DNA of 64,000 nucleotides, taken from Vicugna vicugna. Its lineage: Eukaryota. A program made the position numbers and the translations under genes. Below, piece by piece: positions 36,269 to 49,984 of this stretch. The DNA lies in the NCBI GenBank assembly GCA_013265495.1, contig MU058059.1, positions 2,455,502-2,519,501 of the forward strand, written 5' to 3'. Positions within the stretch are counted from its first letter, which is position 1. Every line of letters begins with the position of its first letter. The notes beneath the pieces were generated by a model. It was not told where the DNA came from, made no database searches, and worked only from the letters and a program-made list of their open reading frames with translations.

Positions 36269-38064
36269 CATTCTTTTTAGCAGAAGTTGGCTTCCTTGTT
36301 TGTGATGCTGTGCTACCCAAAGACAGAGAAGCGATGATGGTGCAGTTGTGGAGGGCGGGTGGATGGGCGGGCCGCCAGCCTATCTCAACCTTTGCCATTA
36401 CATTAAAATGTAAATGAAAATACAAGAGGGTTCAGCACAGTCTGCTCTTGTCCATTTCAGGTTTGCACTTTGATCTTGGAAATGACTGTTCTCTGATTTT
36501 GTTGTTAGTATTTCGAGGCAGGCTTTGAAGAATCAATAATACGAAACATCTGCAAAAAGACTTGTATCCTGGTCAATGATCATTCCAGGCTTTGGGATCA
36601 AAGGCTGATATGAGATCAATTAATAACCCGAAAACCTCTATTCTTTAAAAAAAAAAACTGTTTTTTTCTTTTTCAGTAAGGAGCCACAGAATATGGCAGA
36701 AATGAGAAAAATGGGAGAGTTGTACTAAAAACCTTTTGATATTCATGGAAGATGTTTAGTTTTTAGAAGTCCTGCAGATTTTAGAAGAAAGCTGGCATAG
36801 CACTTTGAAAGGGTGTCCAGGAGACAAATGGGTCTATAAATTTGCAGAGAAAGAGAGAATTTTTCTTTCCAAGTATTGGATGGATTGAAATTTTCCACTC
36901 TAACGGTGCCCTGTGTTGAAGTTAAGGTAGTTTGGCGAGGTTCCGAGCACGCGGCTCAGCTTGGGCTTGAAACTTTTCTGGCTGGAGAGCTCTTTTTCTT
37001 GGGATCTCTTCCAGTTTCCAGTGATAGATCAGTTATTTTAAATAATAATGAACCCTTTTGAGGCTAAGTACCAGGCGCACAGAATGACTTAGCATTACCT
37101 TCTTTCATCTGTATTCCAAGTCTGTGAAAGAGGTGCTATTTTTTTAATCCCTATTTTACAAATTAAAAACAAAAATTCCCACTAAGGCTTGGGTTTAGGA
37201 ACTTTCGCTTCTGTTCAGAGGTAGTAAGAGCCTATATTGAAGTATTGATGCTGGAACACCGATGTGCCAAAATCCCACTCTCAAAATAGTATCAGCCTCC
37301 CGCTGCTTCCCAACTGAAAACGGCTTCAGGGTTCACAGCACCAGGCAGGGAGAATCCAGGCCTCTTACACCTTACGAAAGATGATATAGGCTATTCACGT
37401 TTATGAAAAACTTACAAATGCCATCAATTATGCATAAATTATGCTAATATCCAGCAGTTCAGAAATACGTTATAACATTAGAAAAAAGAAAACTACGTGG
37501 GTAGGTTACCCTTGCTCTTCCAAAATAAGTCTCCTGACATGCCTGATAAAGAATGAACCTAAAAATTTCAATAATGAAATTCATTTTCAGTCCGTGGGAA
37601 GCTTAACTTTGATGTTCCACACTGAATATGTTTTAGCTTTACCTGCATGCTAATCAGAAAGTGTGGGGCCTTCGCAGGGCTGCAGGTCTCTTTCCAATGA
37701 CGGTCACAGGAGGGGAAAGGCCGCCACCAGAAGGGGAACCTTTCCTGCACCCCTATGTGGACTGGAGGAGAGGTGGACGCAGGGCTGTGCTGTCCCCGCG
37801 ACACCCCGATGAGCCCTTCTGGTTGAGAGAAGTTAAGGGAAATCAGATGTAGTGCCTGAGAAAAGCAAGAGGGATTTGGAAACTTTTGGCAGCCCTGGGA
37901 GGTGGGGAGAGAGGAAAAGGAGGAAGGAGCAGTCACATGTGGGGTGCAGGGGAGGGAGCCATGGCCCGAGACATGAGTGAGTGGCACGTAGAAATCTTTT
38001 AATGGATAGTTAGGGGACACTTTTTCATTTTTAGTATGTTTTTTTATGCTAGTTTGAGAATTCC

Positions 38065-38582
38065 TTCTTTTTTATTTAATTTTATTTTATTGAGTTATAG
38101 TCAGTTTACAGTGTTGTGTCAATTTCCAGCGTAGAGCACAACTTTTCAGTCATACATGAACGTACATATATTCATTGCCACAATCGTTTTTGCCATGAGC
38201 TACCACAAGATCTTGTATGTATTTCCCTGTGCTACACAGTATAGACTTGTTTATCTATTCTACATATACTTGTCAGTATCTACAAATTTCGAACTCCCAG
38301 TCTGTCGCTTCCCATACCCCCTGCCCCCTGGCAACCACAGGTTTGTATTCTATGTCTATGAGTCTGTTTCTGTTTTATATTTAAGTTCATTTGTCTTCTT
38401 CTTCTTTCTTTTTTTTTTTAGATTCCACATATGAGTAACATGATATTTTTCTTTCTCTTTCTGGCTTACTTCACTTAGAATGACATTCTCCAAGAACAGC
38501 CATGTTGCTGCAAATGGCATGATGTTGTCTTTTTATGGCTGAATAGTATTCCATCATATAGTATACCACAGCTTCTTTATTA
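38065..38582 (-). mobile_element. LINE-1 3' end (lineage-specific)
   Basis: tttattgagttatagtcagtttacagtgttgtgtcaatttcc...ttctctttctggcttacttcacttagaatgac...gttgctgcaaatggcat. Confidence 0.88.
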
Positions 38583-40966
38583 ATTTTTAGTATCTTAACT
38601 AAATGGGCATATACCGAGGATGATACTCAAAATACTTAACAACGCTTCCGCAAGGCTCTGAAGTGACCCTGGGCTTAACCAAGTGGGGGTGACACTGCAG
38701 ACCAGGGCCTTGAGTGTATAACACGCCTTTAACCAAGTTATCAGGAGAGCTGACTGCACACCTAACACCTGTTAGAGACCCAGTGTGTTACAGCAGCCTG
38801 CGCCCCACAGTGACCTGTGTTAGAGACCCATATGTTTCAGCAAGAAAACAGCTCTCCGGCTTCTGAAGTAGTCCTGTTAATTTAGTCACATCTCAGGTTC
38901 TTAATGATCTCTACGAATGCTGGGGACCTCTGGTGCCGGTTAATCTAAAATAATCATAGCCATACATTTTCGTATAGTCAGTTTGTTCACTGTGTCAGAG
39001 GTGAGGTGGGAGAGGAGAATTCTCCAGAAGTCAAAATCACAAATAAACAGCTTTCAAGGATGTGGCTGTGGCTGTATTCATTTTAAATAACGTGAATTCA
39101 GGTTACTTACGGCGTTAAGTGTCCGCAGCGCGGGAGGCACTGACCCCGAGTGTTGCTCATTGCGTGCACAGGTGATCAAGGCAACAGTGTCTTCCCGACA
39201 ACCCCAACACGGCGTGTCGTCCTCCCAGGGCTGTACACATTGTGTCTGAGGGGGGACAGGTGACGCTGTGGGGTGCCACAGCAAGCCAGGAGAACCCCTG
39301 AAGCTTTCTAGAGGGAAGAGCATTTGAGAAGGGCCTTGGGAGCAGCTAAAATCCCAACAGTGTGACAGGGAGCTGCTCTCGGTAGGTGAAGGCTTGGGCA
39401 AAGCAGACGCTGCGCTGCAAGGTCGCCAAGGCGGTGCGGCCTGGTGGGCAGTGCCTGGGCTTTGGGACTGGGCAAACCACGGTTTCCAGTCAGCTCAGCC
39501 TCTGACGCTTACTGGCCAAGGACCCAAGTGTAAAATGGGGGGAAAAAAAGCCTTCCTCACAGAACAGTTGTGAGTAACTGTTCCTGGCACATGAAGTGTT
39601 CAAAAAAATGGTGCCTTTTCCCGTTTGCTAAAAACAAGGGGTCTTTCAGCTTCTCGGGAACAGAGAGTAGAAGAGACGTTTGATTTGGGGACTTTTGCCC
39701 CTAGACTCATTCTTGACCAAAGATAAGTTGAGTAAGTTAATGAGAAACCATTTGTTGCATTTTCAGTTAGTGTGCTAGTATTAGAAACCATATCTCACAG
39801 TTACACTGCTTTTTTGGAAATTATTTAGGACGTTCTGCACGCTAAGCAGCATGAACACATTGTCTGAACCGGTGGAGGTCTCCAAGTTAATATCGGGGGA
39901 TTTCTGTGTGTTATTGATATTAAAGTGCCTTTTTCTTGGTTTTGGGGTAGTAATCTCTGTCCACTCCTAATTAAGTTCCTCACAGGTCTAAAGACATGGG
40001 GGAAAACGGGCAAGGCACAAAAAACATCTTCCCATTGCACAGGTTCTCCATCCCTCCCAGAAAACACCACCGTCCTGTTTTCTTCCTATTTTGCCTCCTG
40101 ACCTCCCCCCACCCCGCCTCTTGCTGATCTTCCACTCTGTCCTTGTTGTGATGGGGGAATGTTTTCCTAAAAGTAGCAGTTATCGTAAAATTGGATTCCC
40201 CACCTGTCACTCCAGCTCCTTGACGCATGTTTTCAGCATGCTGCTGAAATTGGTCTGCGCTTCTCAGATCAAATAGAATTATCCTTTATTTAAACAGCTG
40301 TCCCCCATGGACAGTGTAGGTTATGAGACTTAATGCTGTTTAGCAGTTGAAATCATTCTTTCTTCTCGAATTGGAAATAAGAATCAGCAAAAAGTGCGGC
40401 ACTCTTCCAGTCCCAGCGTAATTTCAGTCTGTCTATAGGGATGGTATTTTTGGTAGCTGGGAAATATTACGCGAGTACTGCTGCGTACCAGTTAGTGGTA
40501 TTAAAATATATATTACTCACAGCTCTGTGCTTGGCTTAAAAAGTTTCCTTGGCAACATCATTTAACGTCTTACTGTTCTTTTCATGTTGCTAGTATAAAT
40601 ATCTAATATGTTTTTGTTCAAAACATCAATTAGACTTCAGTATAATCTTTATTAATACAGATCTGTTATTACAGGAAGACTGCTGAGCGCCGATAATTTG
40701 CACAGCAGGAACAATAAAATGTCTTCTTTCTGTTTGGTTCTATCCTGGAATGCTTGGCTGTGTGTTCTGTTCCAGAGCACACCAAAGGCTTCCACAGTAC
40801 CTTTTACCATCAGAATGCAGTCTTTAAAGCTCTTAGAGGCAAAAGCATTATTTTCTTCAAAGGTAAACAAAGCAGAAAGTCCCGAAATTGCAGATAGAGT
40901 CAAAATGTCCCATGGGAGTTGCAGATCTCCACTTTTAATCTCTTTAATTCTTTTTTCTCTGTGTAG

Positions 40967-41082
40967 CCAGAACTCCCCACTTCCTGCGGATTCAGAACGT
41001 GGAAGTCAATGCGGGCCAGTTTGCCACCTTCCAGTGCAGCGCGATCGGCAGGACCCTGGCCGGCGACAGGCTCTGGTTACAG
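40967..41082 (+). CDS. PTPRM: PTPRM coding exon (exon 5), 116 bp, first half of Ig domain; phase 1 to phase 0
   Basis: Acceptor ttttttctctgtgtag ends at 40966 and donor CAG|gtacag starts at 41083. Translates (T)[38 protein letters not shown]. Confidence 0.96.
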
Positions 41083-41400
41083 GTACAGCGACTCGCGCTC
41101 ACGGTTCAGCGAGAGCCTGCGGGCGGCGTGCGGGTCCCCCAGGCCGGGCGGGGCCCAGAGCCCGGTCAGCCAGAGCCCGCTGATGGGGGAGCGGCGATGT
41201 TAGGGGTTTCTCTGCCTCCTCTCCTCCTCCACTGCGAGTGGCTGGGCCGCCAAGGGCTCTGGACAGGCTAGTTACTGTACGTCGCGATTTCCCTTCTGCG
41301 TCTGCTCAGCCGTCTCGCCTGGAAGATGTTGCTGTCAGACTACTTTTCGAGCGGTATGTCAGAGTCCAAAACATAGGACCCTTCCCGCCCTCTTCGCTTG
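40985..41400. promoter_or_regulatory. Small CpG-rich, GC-rich patch over exon 5 and the adjacent intron
   Basis: Visibly dense CpG (gcgactcgcgctcacgg, gcgggcggcgtgcggg) against an AT-rich, CpG-depleted background; not computed. Confidence 0.6.
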
Positions 41401-42614
41401 AGGAAAACTCAAAGAATCACACACACACATACACACACACATAGGTTTCTAGGCTGTTTCCTGATTTTCATGTCCACCAAGATAAGCCCAAACTTAGAAA
41501 TTAATAGAATTACTTAAATGTCCATCTTTTAGTTTTGAGCATTGAAGTGGCCATTTTGTAGTGTGATCACTATTTGTGGGTCTTGTTTTCTTATTTTTCA
41601 AACTCTGTGTTTCGCACGGCCGGCAGTCTTGGGGCACATACAGGGTCTGGCGGGTTCTGGCAGAATGAGCGAGACTAGGTGACCCGTCCCTGCTATCCAG
41701 CGTGCCCCCCTTCTCAGCCTCTGGGCTCCGTCTCCCGTGTAGAATCCTCCAGTTTCATCCTGGTTTCTTCTCGTTGAGTATTCATCTTCAGACTGCTCGT
41801 TCTCCACCTTGACTAGGGTTCATTTTACCCCCTTTCCTTCCAGATCCGAGGGTGGGTTTGCTTTGGTTTGGTTTTGGTTGATTATTTACTTCCTTTAATT
41901 TGCTGCCGAGCTGCCTGGTGTTCTGACCCTTCCGCGCGTCTGACTGCACGTGTGGCTTCGGCTCCCAGCGCCTCCCTCGGCGTCCCGACCGTGGAGATGT
42001 GTCACATGCGCCTGGAGGTGTTCAGTTTGAAATCCCTCCTTCCCTTTCACCGTCACAACTGGAGTAAATGGTCCTTTTACCCCTCCATTTCTGGGGGACG
42101 TAGAAGACAGCCAGTGTGCTGTCCCGGGCTGCGTCAGTACTGGGTTGAGCAGCGGGGGAGCCTTCTGCAATCCGGTGGGGCCTCCGCACACAGCGCTCTC
42201 CCCTTCTACCTCGATGTTGCTCTCTTTTCTTTCTCGCGTCCTGCTGTCCCCGTCTTCAGAACTTATTTTTTCATCCTGCATCCAGTTGTCTTAGCTCCCT
42301 GATGCTGGAGACTGAGAAGTATTTTCTCAGCCAGGGGGTGTTCGGTGTTCGGTTTGCTCAGGGTTGACCAGCCCTGGGAACCAAGGGGACAGCCGACTGC
42401 AGCGGGCATTTTCCCAGTGCGGTAACTGCCTCCTCAAAATGCAGCTACTCTTGTCTCTGATGTCTCTGGAAGTCTTAATTTTTCTGGGAAGAGTATTATT
42501 TTGCTTTTGGTATTTGTTTTAATGTTGAGAGAATACAATATAAAGTCTAAGCTGTGGCCTCAGCGGTCTTAGACATGCCTAAGAATTTGCAGGCAAGTTG
42601 AAAATACCATTTGC

Positions 42615-42780
42615 CTTTTTTTTTTAATTGAAGTCTAGTTGATTTGCAATGTTGTGTTAGTTTCTGGTGTACGACACAGTGATTCAGTTATATATATATA
42701 CACGCACACACTCTTTTTCAGATTCTTTTTCATTATAGGTTGTTACAAAATACTGCCTGCAGTTCCCTCTGCTGTACAGT
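42615..42780 (-). mobile_element. LINE-1 3' end (short)
   Basis: Poly-T followed by aattgaagtctagttgatttgcaatgttgtgttagtttctggtgtac...gtgattcagtt. Confidence 0.85.
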
Positions 42781-43501
42781 TTGCTTTTTTCATTTGTTTG
42801 TTTCTGCAGACATCCTGGACTTCGGATGCTCCTGCTTAAACTCGAGCACTCCCTTGGGAACTGAGGTCTTTACCTGCTTCCTCTTACAATTGGGAGACTT
42901 TGTTTCAGAGACTGCATCACGCAGTGGGGAGAGAGCTGGCTACCACTCTGAGGGTAGCTGAAGGCAGAGCTCCCCGTCCTGATGCTACTACAGCACGATG
43001 TGGAGAGCTATAAAAAAAAAAAAAGTCTGGTCTACACCAGATTCTGATTTAATTGGTCTGGGGTAGCCTCAATCCTGTTGAATTTCCCATGTACTGGGTC
43101 TGCATGTTGCTCCCATGGCTCTCGAGAAGGGTCGTGTCGAGGTGGGGTGATGATAAACATAGAACTGGGATGACCTTGAAATTCTAAGTGACACTCAGTT
43201 TGCCCTGGACTCAGCCTGCTGTGTGGTTTCTGGGTCTTTGTGATGTTGGAATAGTTTTAGTGGTAAATAATTTATGTCGTCTGATTGGATAGGCATTTTG
43301 TGGGGAGATGTTTATTTTATTAAGAGCTGATGAAATGACTAGTGTCCTTCGCTTGCAAGGATGGCTTCTATTAACCTGTCTTTGTGCGAGATGGTTTCCA
43401 GCAGCACGAAGGAATTGCAGCGGGGATGGTTTCCCACAGCCCTCCTGCTGCCTTGCCAGGCCCTGGCCCTTTGCTTCAGGCCATACTTTAGACGTTCTGG
43501 G

Positions 43502-43646
43502 GAGGAGGGATTGAGGGTATAGCTCAGGGTTAGAGTGCATGCCTAGCATGCCTGAGGTCCTGGGTTCAGCCCTCAGCACCTCCATTAAAAAATGAATAAA
43601 CCTAATTACCTCTCCCCACTGAGAAAGAAGATAAAAAAAAAATAAA
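43502..43646 (+). mobile_element. tRNA-derived SINE (Vic-1-like)
   Basis: gagggtatagctcagggttagagtgcatgcctagcatg...ggtcctgggttc...cctaattacctctcccc plus A tail; probable TSD tagacgttctggg (43489-43501) / tagaagttatggg (43647-43659). Confidence 0.88.
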
Positions 43647-45254
43647 TAGAAGTTATGGGAGAAGCAGACCTGGAGTCATAAACCAGGCCTCTCTAGTCTG
43701 GAAGTATGAATATGGACTTTTCTTCCTTACACTCTAAAGTTCTAACACTTTCAAAAATGCTTTTCCAAGCTCACTTGGCTCCTCAAAATAATTCTAAGGT
43801 TCAGGCAGAAAATTGAATGAGAAAAAATTTTTTTATCATTTGAATCCTCCCAATAGTAAGTCAGGATCTGGAAGTCAACAATCCAGCCTCTATTTGGGGA
43901 ACGTAGATATTGTGGCGTGTGGTCACCGGCAGCACTTCGAGTCACCATCTTCTGAGTTCTCCCCTGGGCCTTTTGCAGAGTTTCGTGCTATATCCCATGG
44001 TCTTGTACTTCTTTACAGATGAGGAGTTTGAGGTGCAGGATTGTCCAGCATCAAGCAGATAAATGGCATAACTGGGAAGAGTACACCCCTGTTTCTTCAC
44101 CACTGATTAATTCCACTCTGCAGTGCTGGCTTCTCATTTCCACAGCTAGGTGACTAGGCAGCAGGCACCGAGCACTTTGTTGGAAGAATTTGGATGTGAC
44201 TGACAGAACAGATTAACATCCAGGTGCCATCTTGACAAAAAAAAAAAAAAAAGTCCATCTGTGTTACATGTACATCTTGATCCACATCTTTGAAAAATGG
44301 CCAGTGGTTTGATTGTTTCAAGATACAGATTAAATATGATCGACGTCAGAGTCTTCCACAAAGACTTAACACACATAAATCTGATGGTGACACTAATGAA
44401 GAAATGTTTATGATTAACAGGTGTGTCCCATCTGCTTCCATTTCTTCGTCTCATCCGTGGGCCACACAGGTCATTGCTAACACAGAATCAGGTTTTCTAG
44501 AGTACGGGACAACAGGATAAAACCCAGCTCACGAGCATCCGTTCTCACACTACAGAGCACTTAAAACACTTCCCAGACGACGTACGGTAGGAGGGCACCG
44601 TCTGTGATGCTGTTTGTATGTACAGAACTGATGCGCATTGAACCTTGCTGAGTCTTACAGACATGGCGGTCTGTGCAAGCTGTGCTGTCACCATGGGAGA
44701 CACCCAGAAGAAACGTACTTGTAAAACCTTTCGGTCACCTAGATCATGACTGTATGTTTCTTGCTATTAACTTTCTGATCACTTGTGGAGCCTATATTTT
44801 GAAATATCTTAGAGTATGTTTATATATAAGATACTAAGAAGAGGAAATAGAATTTTAGATGTTCATTTTAAGACTTACATACATTATTTGCTAAGAGGCA
44901 GTTTCTGAGTTACAGATTTTTATTCAGTCATTGACCCTTTAAGCCGTGTATAATTGTATTAAAATTACGATTGTCCTTTCTTAAGTCTTTAAAATTTTAC
45001 TTTCATCCTTGTGCTTGTTTCTCTTGGGAATTAATATTTATAATACATATTTCAGCTTTTCAATAGATCACCAGAGCTAGAATTGACATTTGTAAATCCC
45101 AAGATGGTCTGTACACAATCTTCTCCAAGGAATACGGGCCAGCTTGCCCTCCTCTGCATCCGGTCCAGTCTGAGGCATTTGTAGTTTCTGCCCTTCAGTG
45201 CACTTATGACACGTTGTAGAGGCTCCTCCAGTCCTTACTCATCTTACTCTGGGA

Positions 45255-45590
45255 CTCGGTGGGCTGGGGCTGCTGTAACAAAGGTGCCAGAGGCTGGGTG
45301 GCTCCAACAACAGACATTTCTTTCTCACAGCCCTGGAGGCTGGCAGTCTGAGATCACGTTCTTGGAGGGAACCAGCTACCTGGTTTGCAGACTGCCGTCC
45401 TCCTGCTGCGTCTTTGCGGCATCCTCTGGGCCCTTCATCCTTCTGTAAGGGTTCTAATCCCACCCTGGGGGCTCTGCTCTCATGACCTAAGTCTCATTAC
45501 CTCCCAAGGGCCCCACCTCCTCTATGATCACACTGGGGAGTAGGTTTCATTATATGAATTTGGGAGGGAGCGGGGTACATTCAATCTACA
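45255..45590 (-). mobile_element. MLT1A-like MaLR LTR
   Basis: gggctgctgtaacaaa...caacagacatttctttctcacagccctggaggctggcagtctgagatca...ctcatgacctaa...attacctcccaa. Confidence 0.85.
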
Positions 45591-45710
45591 GGACTCAGCT
45601 ACCACAGCCGACTCCAAAGTTGGGAGGAAGTAAAGGTGGTTTTGCCTCCAGGACAAAGGGTGGAAGCAAGGAGGCAGTGGAGATGCCTTTTCAACAGCAG
45701 GTGGATAGCA

Positions 45711-45844
45711 TCCTGGGTTCAATCCCCAGTACCTCCTGTAAAAATATAAATAAACTTAATTACTGCCACCCCCAGAAACAAACGAAAACACCAGAAACAA
45801 AAACAAAAATAAAACCAAAAAAAAAAAAAAAACAAAAAGCACCC
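45711..45844 (+). mobile_element. 5'-truncated Vic-1-like SINE
   Basis: Begins at tcctgggttcaatccccagtacctcc (B box only), has an A-rich tail and a 16-bp TSD cagcaggt(g/a)gatagca at 45695-45710 and 45845-45860. Confidence 0.88.
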
Positions 45845-47199
45845 CAGCAGGTAGATAGCAGCTTTGATCAAGTCAGGGACTGTCATGTGCATGATGAGTG
45901 AGTAGCGGCTGGTTAAGGAAACCTGGAAAAATCATCCTTTTTTCTCAGCAGATGTTAGAGGCCCAATTATTTGTAAATAGCTCACTTTTTAGAATCACAA
46001 AATTACATAACTTCTGAGGTTGTAACAGTCTTCAAACTAAATCCCTCATTTTGTTTATGAGAAGACAGAAGCCCAGCAGAGGTGGGAACTTTAACATGGT
46101 CATATATCCAGTGAGTATACTTATAACAGACAACTCCATTTTGCTAGTGAAAGTCAATTATATGTACAGATATTTTTGCTTATCTATAAATTAGAAAATG
46201 TAGTCACTTGGACATTTTTCTTCACTGAGTGACTTTGTATTTCAAATATTAGCCATTTAACCAAATATTCTCAGATTTACTGTGAACATATCTGTGTTAA
46301 CTTGAGAGGCATCATTGCACAACATAACTGAGGTTTTGTGTTTTTTTTTTCCTTCAGCAAACCCCTAGCTTGGTGTTTGTTAGAAGTTAAGTCACCGGGA
46401 TAGCATTTTAAGATGATTTCATAAGGTGCATCAATTCATAGAAATGGGAAAGGACATCAGATGGTGTTATGATGAAGTACTCTCTTAAAAACACTGGTGC
46501 AGCCCAGCACCTCGAAAAGTGCCTGTCACAAAACAGATCCTCAGTGAACCTGCTTGTGGCGCTCGGCTTACAGGTGCCTGAACAGCCACGTGTCTCCTCC
46601 TGGCGAGTCCCAAAGGCGCGGAGTTGGACCAGGAAAACAGGCACAGACTCGGTCTTTCAAAATGGTTGTTTTAGGTCTGCGGTTCATCTTCTGAGGGATG
46701 GTCTTTGTTCTCCAGTGAGGATGGTGCCCTTGAGTTCTCGCCGTGACAGCAGACCTGCGTCATAGTCATTGATGAATAAAGCCCACCCCCACATTTTTTT
46801 TAATATGGACTATAATTCAGTATGAACTCTCAATTTGGGAAACTTGAATTTTGAAAAAATATTCACTTGGGTTATTATTTATTTTAGTTACTGGCCTAGA
46901 GTTTTTATTTCCTATTGAGTGTTTGCTGTGTCATCCGCTTAGCTGGATATGAGCTACTCGCTTGTGAAAAAAAAAGCATTTTTCACCAGCCTAATAGATT
47001 TCTCACACTCCTCTTCTGAGCTCAGATGATTTTAGGTCTTTTTGAGGGAAAAAGGAAAATCTGGAGATTTTTGTAACTTAAAATGATTCTCCTAAAAATA
47101 GCTCCTCTCACCTGTGGAAGTTAGTTCATGAAAGAATATATGAATTATATTAATAGTATTTACATTGCTGACTTTAACAGCTATGTTTGAAATAAAATA

Positions 47200-47420
47200 A
47201 CTATAACTCCATTTGCTGAGCACCACTGATTGCTAAGTACTCTGCTAGGTTACAGTCAGTTATTTTTTCCCTTAACTGATCCCTAGGAGAACTGTTTTAC
47301 GTGCCCATTTGTAAAAGAAGAAACTGGGGTCAGGGAGTTTCAGTGATTTTTTCCAGTTGCACATTGGAATTTGAACTGGGCCATCTGGGTCCAGAATCTG
47401 CGGCCTTAACCATAATGCCT
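47200..47420 (-). mobile_element. MIR SINE
   Basis: catttgctgagcac...cccatttgtaaaagaagaaactgggg...ggaatttgaactgggccatctgg...ccttaaccat. Confidence 0.65.
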
Positions 47421-49407
47421 CTTGTGTGGTACGAAGACCCTGGATTCGTCAATGTCACGTGGCAATTTAAGTGACACCTTTTATCAGCAATTTAAAATTA
47501 CAATTGTTCATGTGTGTGGAATGCTGCCTTGGCTTTTGTCTTAAAGAACGTGTACACTTGGTCAACTTTTCTTGGTGATTTTAGTTTCATTTCTGGATTA
47601 TGAAAAGAAAAAAATCACAGCTACCTATCAGAACAATTTTGTTATTATATATAAAAGCCATAAAATGGTGTGAAAGGAAGTAAAATGATGGCTCCCAAGC
47701 CTGACTTGGGTATTTTAGATCCTATATGTTAAAGCATAAATTTAACATCACTTACCGTCGCAGAAAATACCAGGAATGCACAAAGAGGACCATCTTCAGT
47801 TGCTATAGGAACCATTGGCTCCTTAAAACTTTGAGTGGTTAAAGTCACAGCCATTATTGTTTCAGTCAGTTAAATATCCATATATATGCTATGATATTGA
47901 ACATTCAGTCTGGAAGTCTTGAAAGCAAACCGTGTATGTTTTAACTTACATGATTTTGGATTACCTGGATTTAAAGGTAAAGATTGCTTTTACATTGATG
48001 AAACCATATGACATGTCTAGGGGGATTCTGGGAGAAATTAATGAATAAGTTTTACTTTGTGATATTGCGTATCTCCGTACTGAAAGGTATAAGCAGCTGG
48101 TGCTTCGGGTCAGATGCACCAGGAGTAACTGGAACCCCAGCTGAAGAGCTTCGCATCCCCCGCAGTCTGATGGACTCTGGGCCAGGATGTGACCTGGGAC
48201 TTTGAAAACTGCAGGTCAGGGGGTTTCACTTTGCAAGGCAGGAAGAAAGGCCTCAATTACTAATCTTAAGGACTGCTTGCTTTGGACCCAGTAACCACAC
48301 ATCTCGTGAAAGCATTTATTCTGTTTCTTTTCTCATATTCATCAAAAGGTTCGTTTGTTTCTCTTGCTTCTGAGAATCCACAGCTCTGTCACAAGAAGAG
48401 AAAATGGCAGAGCCCTGCTCTGGAACTCCCACCATCGAGGGCTGAGAATGCACCCTGCCCGTCCATCTCCTTCTAGTGATCCGGGCCTTGGAGCCGGGGT
48501 CCTGGAGAGTCTGGACACTGTTTAGCATCTCTGGTTTTTTCCTTGTCTTTCTCTTCTTTTTGGAAGGAGAGAAAAACAATGATAAATATTTTAGCTGGGA
48601 GGTAAATGTACCTGCTTGAGGCCACCTTGACAGTCCTAGGAGATTTTCAGTCTGCTAATCCAGAATTACATGCCTGGAAAAGAGGGAGGGAGGGGAAAAT
48701 TGATGATTTTTGATGGCTTTTAATTTCAAAAACTTCTTCAGGACTATAGAAACAGAATGAAAACAATCATGCTGCTTTCAGGCCTAGAGTGACCCCATTG
48801 GATAAGACCGAAGACCTCACTGACAGGCACTCAGTGGCAGCCAGGTGGTCCCTCCAGAGGACACACACTGAAATCATAAAGCAGAGCATTATTCTTTTCT
48901 CCGTCTTTGCCTACTTTTAAAAACCCACCCTTCATTCCCTGCGTTCAAAGCAAAGGGAATTGGCTCTTGTGTAAGTAGAAAGAAAATTTTCTTTGTTATA
49001 AGAAGTGATGTCCACTGAACACAAAGGACAAGTGACAAATTAATGGAGTTTCTCTATATTCTTAAGATTTGGAAGCCAATGGTTGCTTTCATTCAAGACA
49101 TATATGCTACACACTTTCCACGTGCTGGGTATCTGATTATTAGTTATGCAAATGTTACTGCAGAATGGGGCAGCACCCCCTGCCCTGGCCCATGGCTCCC
49201 CTCTGCCAAGTTGCATTTTGTCTTCCACTGTGGTGGGACCTTTACCATATAGTGACTTGGTTCTTTTGCAGGAAGTGAATAGCACCTAGACAGAATGATT
49301 CTTTGATCCCTATAGCCCTGGAGTATCGATAAGCCTGCAGCAAAACCATCCATTTTCCTGGGGAAATTATGATGGTTAAAAGAGTTGTTCAAACATAGAA
49401 AATAGGA

Positions 49408-49912
49408 AAAAAAGATAATGCCATTTGCAGCAACATGAGTGGACCTGGAAATCGTCATTCTAAGTGAAGTAAGCCAGAAAGAGAATGAGAAAAACCATAT
49501 GATATCACTCATATGTGGACCCCCCCAAAAAAGAAGGACACTCATTAACTCATCTACAAAACAGAAGCAGACTCACAGACATGGTAAACAATCTTACAGT
49601 TACCAGGGGAAAGGAGGTGGGAAGGGATAAATTTGGGAGCTTGAGATTTGTAAACATTAACCTTGATATGCAAAAATAGATAAAAAGCAGATTTCTTCTG
49701 TATAGCACAGGGAACTATGTTCAATATCTTGTAGTAACCTTTAATGAAAAAGAGTATGAAAACAAATGTATGTATATATAAGCACGACTGGGACATTATG
49801 CTGCACACCAGAACACCAGAAATTGAATCATTATAACTGACTATACTTCAGTTTTAAAAAACATACAAATAAATAATACATGCTGAATTTCAAAAATGTA
49901 AAAAAAAAAGAA
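49408..49912 (+). mobile_element. LINE-1 3' end (relatively young, lineage-specific)
   Basis: ataatgccatttgcagcaacatg..tggacctggaaatcgtcattctaagtgaagtaagccagaaagag... through actgactatacttca and an A-rich tail. Confidence 0.9.
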
Positions 49913-49984
49913 AAATGGGAGGTTATCTTCTGATTGCTTCTCTGAATTCTTGTCTTTATCTTTATTGTAGGAATTAGAAATATA

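Noticed and set aside
40961..40970. Tandem acceptor TAG-CCAG at exon 5
   Set aside because: Only the first AG keeps the frame (4-nt offset); nothing in the sequence indicates use of the second.
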